DNA from: Verrucomicrobiota bacterium
GTDB taxonomy: Bacteria; Verrucomicrobiota; Verrucomicrobiia; Opitutales; Coraliomargaritaceae
Assembly: GCA_039815375.1 (NCBI GenBank)
Contig: JBCBZJ010000003.1
Location: forward strand, 64,001 to 128,000
Length of the DNA: 64,000 nucleotides
Direction: 5' to 3'
Positions within the stretch are counted from its first letter, which is position 1; the number at the start of each line of letters is the position of its first letter. A program made the translations under genes and the position numbers. Below, in pieces: positions 52,601 through 61,271 of this stretch. The notes beneath the pieces are model-generated. The model made no database searches. It was not told where the DNA came from and saw only the letters and a list, made by a program, of their open reading frames with translations.

Positions 52601-52685
52601 TCGGTCGGCTGTGCGTGAAGATGTCCGAATGGATACTGAAAGTAACGCAATTGGCTTCCGCGTCTTTATCGCACCCGAGAAGTAA
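49638..52685 (+). CDS. Ser/Thr (pseudo)kinase - TM - PEGA repeats - FGE/sulfatase-modifying-factor domain protein
   Basis: HRDL and MSPE kinase fold; one TM; PEGA-like repeats (SEPGA, TTPTGA); FTMGS, RLPTEAEWEYAARG, NAYGLYDVHGN, RGGSW and IGFR motifs. Confidence 0.85.
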   Translation: MDNDEANPEESGRSAQNREGLKHRILKPGDSFGNFRVVKCICAGLITNYYHMQHIRDLHDVTVGIFHYRAAKDTKFLKRLEALQKKVKTLDHEGVPKVHDYTEIDGQACIFLDPIKGQTLSQYFDAHGSPGKEGMGVEITTRILAHLLGLLGYAHSHGLDHRDLDSDLIFIQEDGSVRVLGFGIKAALSIELFESIVSASVSPLFANKTVGRLNSFDIMSPEYQSGLPEDTRVDVYCAGVIGYWLLTGQKPEHPNLLMPTALVEGVPSRWDAFFTRILERNPDLRFQSCKMALLALKETDDEPESERAGVVQRQIDRMPVPKSIRARGELATRIYRLTVIGCIGLTLTALASFFLRVSFMEEKVYTKDVAQRIVEGQDSNLRIKVQPPVAKLVFKGFTESFIANEGLLELRVAPGKYEVRATAPHHFEDVQTIEIAAAEPGFVADLEFELKPAWTDIQIRSEPGASVSVVDTRDTEIELGFTNEEGIFFLKKGLFAGVYQIVVKKEGYQPTVLKNQELDSGEVSVIEVELAPLPASLAVRTTPTGARILINDIDVGLSPATVDDIIPSDQYLIVAQLDDYRAMDRRVEIRAGEDITVDFGELTRRSAELNIEIDFAGLSASESRLLHSDTVVTIGELRYPYNSAELKFIPEGEYMIHVEHAKYISKAVQLTLEDRDVKKLEFTLLPRPAEVQLVLPGNLEPAIRLNRKQIEFTGEAVIIPAKEPVEFELRIQNYLTMVRKFVLEPNEKVTWNVTPVPIPGPTEGQTWTMPYFGFKFAWVPPGEFTMGSPMVEQGRLPNEGPKTKVTFTKGFWAGIYEVSQAEFREVVGRNPSEFRGADKPVDSVLWQEAVDFCKTLTRMEREAGRLPVGFVYRLPTEAEWEYAARGKTISPFHFGETADATSGNFRGIYPRELEGGQRASQTYGSESVGSYRPNAYGLYDVHGNISEWTLEVYNGRLDGGQVVDPAPRTGGKRFAVRGGSWEDFAVRVRSAVREDVRMDTESNAIGFRVFIAPEK

Positions 52686-52691
52686 TACAAG

Positions 52692-52975
52692 CAAACCAGT
52701 ATTGCCGTCGAATGGTGGGAGCGACTGGAGTCGTTCCGAGGCCGAGGGCCAACAAGACCGGTCCGGCTGGTGTCGGAACCGGACCACCGAAGGTGAGACT
52801 ACAGCTCACAGACAAACCAGTATTGCAGTCTAATGGTGGGAGCGACTGGAGTCGTTCCGAGGCCGAAGGCCGACAAGACCGGTCCGGCTGATGCCGGAAC
52901 CGGACCACCGAAGGTGAGACTACAGCGCACAAACAAGCCAGTATTGCAGTCTAATGGTGGGAGCGACTGGAGTCG
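52692..52975 (-). repeat. tRNA-linked direct repeats (121-bp period), each ending in the 3' 21 nt of tRNA-Val
   Basis: tggtgggagcgactggagtcg occurs at 52713, 52834 and 52955 (the tRNA itself); the intervening 100-bp units are near-identical. Confidence 0.9.
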
Positions 52976-53031
52976 AACCAGCGACCTCATCCATGTCAAG
53001 GATGCGCTCTAACCAACTGAGCTACGCCCCC
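52955..53031 (-). tRNA. tRNA-Val(GAC)
   Basis: GGGGGCGTAGCTCAGTTGGTTAGAGCGCATCCTTGACATGGATGAGGTCGCTGGTTCGACTCCAGTCGCTCCCACCA folds as a cloverleaf with anticodon GAC and encoded CCA. Confidence 0.97.
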
Positions 53032-53045
53032 ATTCCATTACGGAA

Positions 53046-53081
53046 GGGGCGGAATAAAGGTTTACGACACTGCTGAAGCAA
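53046..53081 (-). promoter_or_regulatory. Putative sigma70 promoter of tRNA-Val with GC-rich discriminator
   Basis: TTGCTT-N17-TTTATT followed by CCGCCCC on the minus strand. Confidence 0.5.
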
Positions 53082-53125
53082 GAAAAAATTTGCGCTATCA
53101 CTTCGATACGCGAAGCATGTGAGGC

Positions 53126-53926
53126 ATGAATATCGTCCGCGTCCAAAATACAGATGGCAGTATTTGCTATGGGTGTGAGCATGGCCGGCAGGTTTTACGA
53201 ATCGAGGGTGACGTTTTCGGTGAATTTGCAGTGACGAATGATGTACTGGATCCGGTGAAGCGCTTAGCCCCGATTGAACCGGCTGCGATCTACGCCATCG
53301 GGCTGAACTATCGCGAGCACGCTGCTGAAATGAAGGCGGAGATACCGGACCACCCTGTGGTTTTTACCAAGAGTACCACTTCGTTACTTGATCCTTATGA
53401 TCCGATTTTGCTACCTCGACATCTGCACAGCGATCAGGTCGATTATGAATGTGAGTTGGCCGTAGTGATCGGTAAACGGTGCAAGAACGTTTCCGTTGAA
53501 GACGCGCTCGATTTTGTCCTAGGCTACACCTGTGCCAACGATGTCAGCGCGCGAGACTGGCAAATGTTTCATGGGGGTGGGCAATGGATCAAGGGCAAGA
53601 GCTTCGATACCTTTTGTCCGCTTGGCCCTATGCTTGTGACTGCAGACGATGTGCCGGATCCGCAAATCCTGCCGATTCGAACAATTCTAAATGGACAGAT
53701 CGTGCAGGAGTCTTTCACCGGCGATATGATTTTCCCAGTTGCGGAACTGATTACTTTTCTCAGCGGGAGCATGACTCTGCTCCCTGGAACGGTCATTCTG
53801 ACAGGAACGCCTCCAGGTGTAGGCATGGCGGCTAAACCTCAGCGTTTTCTGAAGCCGGGCGACGAGATTGTGATCGAGATTACCGGTATTGGAATGCTTC
53901 ATAACACAGTTGAAGCTGAAGCTTAA
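53126..53926 (+). CDS. Fumarylacetoacetate hydrolase family protein
   Basis: [39 protein letters not shown] and TGTPPGVG motifs. Confidence 0.92.
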   Translation: MNIVRVQNTDGSICYGCEHGRQVLRIEGDVFGEFAVTNDVLDPVKRLAPIEPAAIYAIGLNYREHAAEMKAEIPDHPVVFTKSTTSLLDPYDPILLPRHLHSDQVDYECELAVVIGKRCKNVSVEDALDFVLGYTCANDVSARDWQMFHGGGQWIKGKSFDTFCPLGPMLVTADDVPDPQILPIRTILNGQIVQESFTGDMIFPVAELITFLSGSMTLLPGTVILTGTPPGVGMAAKPQRFLKPGDEIVIEITGIGMLHNTVEAEA

Positions 53927-54072
53927 CGAACCTCGATTTTCCAAACTCGAAATGGGGCGTGTGGGTGATTTTCCCATCAGCTCGGGAGCTGATTCAACGT
54001 TCAATACCGGGCGTTCGCATTCTTGCCTGCCTTTCTGCTCGACGCACTTTTGGGTCGCACTATTACGAGACT

Positions 54073-54858
54073 ATGTCTGCCACTGTTTTTACAATAGCGA
54101 ACCAGAAGGGCGGGGTTGGTAAGACCACCACGGCGATCAACCTCAGCTATGCTTTGGCTGAAAAAGGTGTGCGCACGGTGCTGGTCGACCTCGATCCGCA
54201 AGCAAATGCAACCAGTGGTCTCGGGTTGGAAAAACTGGAAGGTGGCAGTCTTTACGGTCCGCTTTGCGGAGAGGGTAATGCGTTGGAAAAAGTCCAGCCG
54301 GTGGGTGCGAGTGACTGCCTCTTTGTTATTCCGTCTGAAGTCGATATGGCCGCTATTGAGATCGAGCTTGTTCAGCGCGGGAATTATCTTGTCCAGTTGC
54401 GTGACGTCGTGGCCCCTTTGCGTGAGTCCGGCGATTACGATGCGATCATTCTGGATTGTCCGCCTGCGCTTGGGATGCTGTCGATGAATAGTTTGGCCGC
54501 AGCCGATTACCTGCTTATCGCCCTACAGTGCGAATACCTTGCGATGGAGGGCCTCGGCCAGATTCTCAAAGTCGTTGAGAAGCTACGTGATGCCGGTGTG
54601 AACGATGGCCTTGAGTTGGGTGGGATTCTTATGACTATGTTCGATCAGCGGACGAATCTTGGCCAACAGGTTGTCGGCGAAGTGCGGAACCACTTCGATG
54701 ATTTGGTCTTTCGCACGATGATTCCTCGCTCGGTCCGGTTGAGTGAGGCGCCGAGCTTCGGTCAGTCAATCTTCGAATATGATGCGTCTAGTCGCGGGGC
54801 GCATGCCTACCGTTATTTCGCCGATGAAGTCATTGAACGATTCAACTTGGTGAAGTAG
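54073..54858 (+). CDS. parA: ParA/Soj family ATPase
   Basis: NQKGGVGKTT, DLDPQANAT, DCPP, QCEYLAMEG and RLSEAPSFG motifs; start at ATG 54073. Confidence 0.9.
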   Translation: MSATVFTIANQKGGVGKTTTAINLSYALAEKGVRTVLVDLDPQANATSGLGLEKLEGGSLYGPLCGEGNALEKVQPVGASDCLFVIPSEVDMAAIEIELVQRGNYLVQLRDVVAPLRESGDYDAIILDCPPALGMLSMNSLAAADYLLIALQCEYLAMEGLGQILKVVEKLRDAGVNDGLELGGILMTMFDQRTNLGQQVVGEVRNHFDDLVFRTMIPRSVRLSEAPSFGQSIFEYDASSRGAHAYRYFADEVIERFNLVK

Positions 54859-54925
54859 TAATGCATGCTCTCATGCGTTCGAGATACTTCCAAAGTATTG
54901 CGATTGCGCGCTTCCATCATGAGTC

Positions 54926-55837
54926 ATGTCTGACCTGATTCCTCATCTTGACTCGTTCGTCAGTCACCTTTCGCTGGAGCGACGGGTTTCGGATTACACG
55001 GTCCGAAACTATCGTGCAGCAGTCGAGAGCTTCGTGGAATGGTTGATTGAAACCGGGAAATGGAAGAGTGACTTTGGATCCGTGAGTTCGACCCTGGTCC
55101 GCTCATTCTTGGTCGAGAAGGGTCGGCGGTTGGCGCGTCGAACATTGCACAACCATGTTTCCGGTCTGAGGTCTTTCTATCGCTATCTCCGGGTTCAGGG
55201 TGTCGTGGAGTCGAATCCGTTTACCGGGGTAACCTTGCCGAAACTGGATAAACCCCTGCCGAAGTTTCTAACCGAAGCCCAAATGACGCAGCTGTTGAAT
55301 GCGCCTATTACAGAGTGGAAAGATGGCAAACTCTGTGAGTTTGAAGCCTTTCGCGATAGTCTTGTTCTTGAGCTGCTTTACGGAGGAGGGCTACGCGTTA
55401 GCGAGCTTTGCACATTGACGCATGCCAATGTCGATCTATCTCAAGGGGTGGCTCGCGTTTTCGGCAAGGGGCGGAAAGAGCGCCTTTGTCCACTCGGCCC
55501 GATGGCCACGCAGTGCCTTAAGCTCTTCATCAAACGTTTCGATCTGTGTGCGGATTTGGACGATTATGTGGTTTGCCATCGAAACGGAAAGGCAATGCAG
55601 CCTCGCCAAATCCAGAAGTTATTGAAGACACATCTTGCCGCGGCGGGTCTGCCTCTCGATATGACGCCACACAAGCTGCGCCATTCCTTTGCCACGCACA
55701 TGCTTGATCGCGGTGCCGACCTCCGTGCCGTTCAGGAGCTACTCGGGCATGCGAATCTGTCGACCACCCAAGTCTACACCCACGTTTCGATTGCCCGGCT
55801 GAAGGAGGCGCATAGGCAAGCCCATCCGAGAGCCTAA
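54926..55837 (+). CDS. xerC: Tyrosine recombinase XerC
   Basis: GLRVSEL, GKGRKER, HKLRHSFATH, LRAVQELLGHANLSTTQVYTH and AHPRA motifs. Confidence 0.9.
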   Translation: MSDLIPHLDSFVSHLSLERRVSDYTVRNYRAAVESFVEWLIETGKWKSDFGSVSSTLVRSFLVEKGRRLARRTLHNHVSGLRSFYRYLRVQGVVESNPFTGVTLPKLDKPLPKFLTEAQMTQLLNAPITEWKDGKLCEFEAFRDSLVLELLYGGGLRVSELCTLTHANVDLSQGVARVFGKGRKERLCPLGPMATQCLKLFIKRFDLCADLDDYVVCHRNGKAMQPRQIQKLLKTHLAAAGLPLDMTPHKLRHSFATHMLDRGADLRAVQELLGHANLSTTQVYTHVSIARLKEAHRQAHPRA

Positions 55838-57753
55838 GCCTCGGCTTCTTCTATAACCGGTGTATTCGCAACCAGGATACGTTTTCGTGCCTTGTGATTC
55901 TCTTCGCGGCCGAAGTCACTCCTCCAGTAGCGGTAGGGAGTCAGGACGATCGCAATACAGATCAACTGGCTTAGCCAGAAAGCCATGAGCCAGTAAAAGC
56001 CGCTGTCGGTGAAGCCGTAGCTGTGTAGTCCGACCCCGAGTAAGTTCGTGCCGAACCAGGACCATGCCGTGATGATATTGCCGCAGATCGCGAGTGCCAT
56101 GAGTCCACGTTCCTTGCAGATGCCACCCCAGCGTGCGTGCAGATAGATCGCGCCCATGATGACGATCATCAAAGCACCATTTTCTTTTGGGTCCCAGCCC
56201 CAGAAACGGCCCCAGCTTTGGTCCGCCCAGATGCCGCCGAGAATTGTGCCGACAAGGCTAAACAGAACCCCGAAACAAGTGATGCCATAGACCATCGCGC
56301 TCAAAGAGCGGGCACTCTTTTTATCGAATTTCTTGCCGAATACACCAATAAATCCAAAAACCACACCCAGCGCACCGGCGAGGAACATCGCCGAATAACC
56401 GAAGGTGATGACCGTTACGTGTGTCGCTAGCCAGAAATTCGAGTCGAGCACGGCACGCATCATTTCGAGCGTGTCACCACTCATCGCGAGGTGGTGTGCA
56501 ACAATCAGTGTGGAGAAGCCAACTAAAGAGGCCATGGCTGCACCGATGCCGTTCTTGAAGAACTTTTCAATGATCGCACCGAGGAGGACCGCGCCCCAAC
56601 CAACGAATACCGCTGAGGAGTAAAGATTCGTCACGAAAACGAAGTAGCGTTCCTGGATATACATCCGTGCGACGAGCCCGAAAGTGTGGATGATAAACGA
56701 GAGCACGAGCACCCAAAACGCGGCGAAACTGAGTTCTTTTGGCCAACGCAGCCAACTGATACAGACGATCAGGAAGATTAAAACATAGAGCGCCATCGCA
56801 AGTCCGAAGGGCTGCATGCCATTAAAAACACGCTCGAAATGGACTCGATTGATTTCATCCGGAAAATCGACGATGAACCGCTGGCGAAGCTGGTTTACTG
56901 TTTCGTTGAACGTGGCAGGATCACCGGAGCGGTAGGACATCGTAAGGCTCGCATAGCTGATCACATAGGGGCTGAGGGATCTCGTTTGCACGACGTCTAG
57001 TAGCTCTTGGCCGATATTCTTCCAATTCGCCATCGGGTCGACGGGTGGAGGAGGTGGCACGACCCGTAGCTGGGCGGTCTGGGAGAGACGAAGGTAGTCA
57101 TCACCATAGTCGACGAAGCGCTGTAGCACCTCGTTATCGTAGTCTTCCCCCGCTTGCTGCTTCTGCAGCTCAGCCAAGCCCGGTTGAACGGTTGCCTGAT
57201 AGCTGGCATACTCATCGACAAGGCGGTCGAGGCGTTCTGCATCGCCGATCGGATGTAGCGAATGCATGATGCGGTGGTAAAGAATCAGGCCGTTGTTGAG
57301 GTCAACGATTTGCTGGTCGTAAGCGCTTCGCTTTCGGGGCTCCGGATCTACCTTAGCGTAGAGGCTGAGGATGTCGTTGAAGTGGGGTCGTAGATCATTA
57401 AAGGAGTAATAGCGCTTTGATTTTTCCGCGAGTCCGGGAAGGCCTAGGTCATCCGGAAATTCGATCTTAAAGATGCGGTAGGTGTCGGCGAGCTCTGGCT
57501 TCATCGTGAGATCCATGAACCACTGGATCGGCGTGATGAAATTGCCTTCGGGTGTTTCGACCTTTTGTCGTGCGGAGAGAATGAGCAGCGTATTGCGGGC
57601 AACTGAGTCGAGTGGCTTGATGCGGCCACCGACTTGCACGGGCAGTTCGGAGAAGCTGTCGATGTCGAACTCTGAGGGCTCTCCGGCTGGCCGGAAGTGC
57701 CGTCCAAGTATCAGAAGGACCAGAGCAGCAACGATGATGACGATCTTTTTCAT
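55834..57753 (-). CDS. ccsA: Cytochrome c biogenesis protein CcsA/ResC (system II) with large periplasmic N-domain
   Basis: GRIKPLDS, WLATHV and GGIWADQSWGRFWGWDPKE (WWD domain), GLHSY. Confidence 0.92.
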   Translation of the reverse strand: MKKIVIIVAALVLLILGRHFRPAGEPSEFDIDSFSELPVQVGGRIKPLDSVARNTLLILSARQKVETPEGNFITPIQWFMDLTMKPELADTYRIFKIEFPDDLGLPGLAEKSKRYYSFNDLRPHFNDILSLYAKVDPEPRKRSAYDQQIVDLNNGLILYHRIMHSLHPIGDAERLDRLVDEYASYQATVQPGLAELQKQQAGEDYDNEVLQRFVDYGDDYLRLSQTAQLRVVPPPPPVDPMANWKNIGQELLDVVQTRSLSPYVISYASLTMSYRSGDPATFNETVNQLRQRFIVDFPDEINRVHFERVFNGMQPFGLAMALYVLIFLIVCISWLRWPKELSFAAFWVLVLSFIIHTFGLVARMYIQERYFVFVTNLYSSAVFVGWGAVLLGAIIEKFFKNGIGAAMASLVGFSTLIVAHHLAMSGDTLEMMRAVLDSNFWLATHVTVITFGYSAMFLAGALGVVFGFIGVFGKKFDKKSARSLSAMVYGITCFGVLFSLVGTILGGIWADQSWGRFWGWDPKENGALMIVIMGAIYLHARWGGICKERGLMALAICGNIITAWSWFGTNLLGVGLHSYGFTDSGFYWLMAFWLSQLICIAIVLTPYRYWRSDFGREENHKARKRILVANTPVIEEAEA

Positions 57754-57859
57754 GTTTTATTGGACTCGGACCTAGATGAAGGAAGGCTGATTTTTGGCCG
57801 ATGCAAACGGAATCGGGTGGAAGTCGAACTCCCTGAGAGCGGTCGGGTTTTTCGACGAG

Positions 57860-59203
57860 TTACTTCTCTGCCTCCCTTTTCTCTGCCTTTATTTTCTCCT
57901 CGCGGGCCATTTCCAAGCTGTCGACAAAGGTCGTTGGCATGCCTTGGAAGTTGCGTTTAATCAGCTCGTCGTCTGCTAGAGCATTTAGTGAAAACTGAAG
58001 ACCGTGGCAGTTAATGCACGCGCTGCGGACCATCTTTTCGTTGGGCCGAAGGCTGTTGTTCTGGTTGTGGTCGACTATAGTGAAACTCTCGCCAAACTTG
58101 CTTCGTTCCACTCGGGGCATGTGGCAGGTTGCACAGCTGACGGCTTCACGGTCTGAGCGGAGGCCTTGCTTCGATTGCACAAAGAGTTGGAAGTGCTTTG
58201 AATTCTTGTAGGCGAGAGAGTGCTCGTCGTTGTGACAGTTGAGGCAGGCATCGACTGCTGCATAGTTTGTGCTAAAGCGGTGCGAATCATGGCAGGATGC
58301 GCAGGTCAGTTCGTTGTGGGCGGCTTCAGGCCGCATCGGAATCCTGGCCATACCTGGAGTCATTGGACTGAGTCCGAGTGCGAGGCGCATCCCGTGCTTT
58401 CCTTCGAGGAAGCCTTTGGTCTCGTGCTCGTGGCACTTTTGGCAGGATTCATAGCCGGGGTTGTCGTGCCAGAGCATTTGCCCAGTCGAGGGTTCTTCGA
58501 TCTCATGGCAGCTCGTGCAGTTTACCCCGGCTGCAGCATGTGCTGTGGATGACCAGTCATGCAAAATTTGGCGGGTGTATTCGACCTCGCCGGGCATGTC
58601 GGCGTGGGCTTGTGCGAGTGCTTCGCCTTCGTGATCATTGTAAAAGTCCCGGGCCCGGCTTAGTGCAATCTGCTTGAAATTTGGTTCGTCGAGGTGGTCG
58701 GTTAGGAAGCGTTCGTAAAGACTGCTGTTGTCGTGGAAATTATGGCATCCTGCAGTTGCGCAGGTGTCGAAGCCCATCCCTGCATGAGAAGGACGTTGCT
58801 CTCCGATCTTCTGGTGGCAGTGGTAGCAGTAGTCGGTTGGCAGGGTGACGCCCATATCGCGAGTGATTTCCGACTGGTGTTCACGGTGGCAGGTAATGCA
58901 CTTGGTGGCCTCGATTTTTTCGAGGCGAGAGGCATTGCGCGGGTCTTTAAATTTGATCACCGGGTGCGAGTCGTCGATGCGCTCGAGCTCCTCGGCATGG
59001 CACTTTGTGCAGGCATCCTGTAGAACGCCCATGTTGGGTGTGTGGCACTCGTTGCAGGACATTTCGATTTGGTGGTGTCCATGCGACGTCTCACCCGGGA
59101 TGAACAGGTCTTTCGGGCCAAGGGAGATGGAATAGCCCAAATACGTAATCAGGCCGATTAGCCCAAATATCCAATAGCGGTATTCTAGGAAGGTCTTTTT
59201 CAT
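57860..59203 (-). CDS. Membrane-anchored multiheme cytochrome c (10 CXXCH + 1 CX4CH)
   Basis: CNECH, CTKCH, CITCH, CYHCH, CATAGCH, CTSCH, CQKCH, CASCH, CLNCH, CATCH, CINCH; N-terminal TM; ATG overlaps the upstream TAA. Confidence 0.9.
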   Translation of the reverse strand: MKKTFLEYRYWIFGLIGLITYLGYSISLGPKDLFIPGETSHGHHQIEMSCNECHTPNMGVLQDACTKCHAEELERIDDSHPVIKFKDPRNASRLEKIEATKCITCHREHQSEITRDMGVTLPTDYCYHCHQKIGEQRPSHAGMGFDTCATAGCHNFHDNSSLYERFLTDHLDEPNFKQIALSRARDFYNDHEGEALAQAHADMPGEVEYTRQILHDWSSTAHAAAGVNCTSCHEIEEPSTGQMLWHDNPGYESCQKCHEHETKGFLEGKHGMRLALGLSPMTPGMARIPMRPEAAHNELTCASCHDSHRFSTNYAAVDACLNCHNDEHSLAYKNSKHFQLFVQSKQGLRSDREAVSCATCHMPRVERSKFGESFTIVDHNQNNSLRPNEKMVRSACINCHGLQFSLNALADDELIKRNFQGMPTTFVDSLEMAREEKIKAEKREAEK

Positions 59204-61179
59204 TACCACATGTAGACCTTAGCGATGTGAAACCCGAGAAGGATGGGGTAGGGCAGGAAGAAAATGATATGCAATTTGGTCGCATAGTCGCGCAGCTTAC
59301 GCCCGAGAGGGCCACTGAGCTTTTTTTCGGTTGCCAGTGCAAGGGCGGCAAGCCCGCCGGCGAGATTCATGCCGAGGAAGCAGATCAGCAGCCAGAGGTT
59401 AAGGTTCTCGCCGAAGTTAAGTCCGGTATGCATGAAAATCCCTCCAAGCGTGGCGAGCCCAAGCCAGGAATGAGCCGCGCGCCAAAAGCCGAAGTTGCCG
59501 AAATTGAGCCATTTGAAGCGCTTGCGGGCGGAGAGTAGTAGAGCTATGGCCGAGAGCCCGGCTATGGTGTAGCCCGTGATTTGCTTCGTCACCGTTTCCT
59601 GCCAGATCGTGCTGAAGCGGTAGTAGGCCGATTGCACGGTCTCGGCTACAGGCATGGGTGGCATGGCGATACCCGTCACGATCAGGATAATGGCGATACA
59701 GGCTGCGATTTGGAGAATAAGCCCGCCTTTCTGAGAAGCGACGTCCTTAAAAGAGTCAGCCGATTCGCCGACAAAGCAGGCGATCTGTGGAAGGCAGGAA
59801 CCGCACACGCTTCCAGCCCCGGTTTTTGAAGTCAGTGCGCCGACACTGTCGCAGCCTTCACAGGCTGCGGTGCGCAATACTCCGCAGGATGTCCGGGTGC
59901 AGTTACAAAGGATCGCCTCTTCGGGCCAGTCGAGTGGTGAACTCTCTTTTGAAATCCCTTGCAAGTCGCCACTGCCACGGAAGTCGTTCAGATGCCTCAC
60001 ACTGAATTTGTTCATGGCGCGAACCGCCCGTTCAATCTCAGCAGTTTGCTCCCATGAGCCGATGACAGTTGCACCGATCAGTCGGCCCCGCTTGACGACG
60101 AGGTTTCGATATTCGTTTTCTCCTCGATAGGTGTAGTATTCACCCTCCTGCATGAAGTCGCCGAATACGCTTACTTCGAAGCCTAGGAGCTTGAGGCGGC
60201 AGGACTCGTCACTGCCCCGGTAATAGTATCTTTTTTGACCAGCGAGGCGGTAGGCGAGCACATCTGCCATCTCGTAGCAGGGCGCAACAAGGCCATATGC
60301 TTTACCATGGTGTGAGGCGCATTCGCCGATCGCGTAGATCTGATTGTCGGAAGACTCAAGTCGGTCGTTGACGATGACTCCCCCGTGCACTGCGGTTTTC
60401 AGACCAGCGTCTTGTGCCAATTCATCACGAGGTGTAACGCCGATTGCAATGACGACCATGTCCGCGTCCGCGGTCTCGCCGTCGTGGAAATTCAAGTTCA
60501 GTTTTGAGCCGTTTTCTTTGATCGCCTCAGTTCGAGTTTTGAGGCGGATCTGTAGGTGCCGCTTTGCGAGTTCTTTAAGCAGATAGCCACCGCCGTCTTC
60601 TGTCAGTTGTCGACTCAAGACAGTGTTCGCGGACTGAATGATGCTCGTCTCGACCTGCGACCGGTTGAGAACATCTGCGATTTCTAGCCCTAGAAGTCCA
60701 CCGCCGATGACGACAGCGCGTTTCGCAGTTTTGGCCGCTTCCTGGATGCGTTCGACATCTTGTGTGGTTCGGTAGGTGTAGACCCCGGGAAGATCTGTGC
60801 CCGGGATTTTCGGCATGGTTGGAAGGCTGCCGGTCGCGAGCACGCAGCGTGAGTAAGGCACCTCGTTGCCGTCGGCATCAACTGCCATCGATTGCTTTGG
60901 ATCAAGGCGAGCAATCTTGTTCGCCGTGCGCAGTTCAATGCCGTGCTCTTGATACCAACCTGAGGCAGCGAGCAAAAGTTTTTGTGCATCCTTCCACTCG
61001 AAGTGCTTCGTCAAATTAACGCGATCATAGGCTGGGAGACTTTCTTCTCCGTAGACGACTATGGTTGTCTTCTCATGGACTCCAAGTTTGACGAGCTGTT
61101 GGCAGAAGCGCCAGCTTACCATGCCATTGCCGATGATTAGCAATGGAGCCTCTACTTTGCTGGCCTTTTTTTTGGTCAT
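59203..61179 (-). CDS. NirB-like NAD(P)H/FAD oxidoreductase with BFD-like [2Fe-2S] and C-terminal heme-b-type membrane domain
   Basis: IIGNGMV, AYDRVNLT, LATGS, VIGGGLLGLE, AIGEC, LKLLG; CNC...CGSC; then ~5 TMs with two H-X13-H pairs; no siroheme domain. Confidence 0.85.
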   Translation of the reverse strand: MTKKKASKVEAPLLIIGNGMVSWRFCQQLVKLGVHEKTTIVVYGEESLPAYDRVNLTKHFEWKDAQKLLLAASGWYQEHGIELRTANKIARLDPKQSMAVDADGNEVPYSRCVLATGSLPTMPKIPGTDLPGVYTYRTTQDVERIQEAAKTAKRAVVIGGGLLGLEIADVLNRSQVETSIIQSANTVLSRQLTEDGGGYLLKELAKRHLQIRLKTRTEAIKENGSKLNLNFHDGETADADMVVIAIGVTPRDELAQDAGLKTAVHGGVIVNDRLESSDNQIYAIGECASHHGKAYGLVAPCYEMADVLAYRLAGQKRYYYRGSDESCRLKLLGFEVSVFGDFMQEGEYYTYRGENEYRNLVVKRGRLIGATVIGSWEQTAEIERAVRAMNKFSVRHLNDFRGSGDLQGISKESSPLDWPEEAILCNCTRTSCGVLRTAACEGCDSVGALTSKTGAGSVCGSCLPQIACFVGESADSFKDVASQKGGLILQIAACIAIILIVTGIAMPPMPVAETVQSAYYRFSTIWQETVTKQITGYTIAGLSAIALLLSARKRFKWLNFGNFGFWRAAHSWLGLATLGGIFMHTGLNFGENLNLWLLICFLGMNLAGGLAALALATEKKLSGPLGRKLRDYATKLHIIFFLPYPILLGFHIAKVYMW

Positions 61180-61199
61180 ATCTTTGCGTTGATACGAAA

Positions 61200-61233
61200 G
61201 AGGACGACTAGTTTGTTGAAACCAGTCGCCCTC
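61200..61233 (-). terminator. Intergenic stem-loop after the globin gene
   Basis: On the minus strand gagggcgactgg-N10-ctagtcgtcctc pairs fully with G-U wobbles, followed by TTTCG. Confidence 0.5.
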
Positions 61234-61271
61234 TGGAGAGAATCGCTCTTAACCGTTGGGCTGGATTTGCA

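Noticed and set aside
52955..55837. Integrated element (tRNA + ParA + tyrosine recombinase)
   Set aside because: The recombinase has housekeeping XerC signatures (AHPRA end) and lies on the 5' side of the tRNA; the att-like duplications enclose only 100 bp; no phage or conjugation genes.
57860..59203. NrfA pentaheme nitrite reductase
   Set aside because: No CXXCK motif, 11 heme motifs, and no NrfH partner.
59203..61179. Canonical nirB or a nirB pseudogene
   Set aside because: No siroheme/[4Fe-4S] domain and no nirD; the frame continues intact into an ordered His-containing membrane domain coupled to the next gene.
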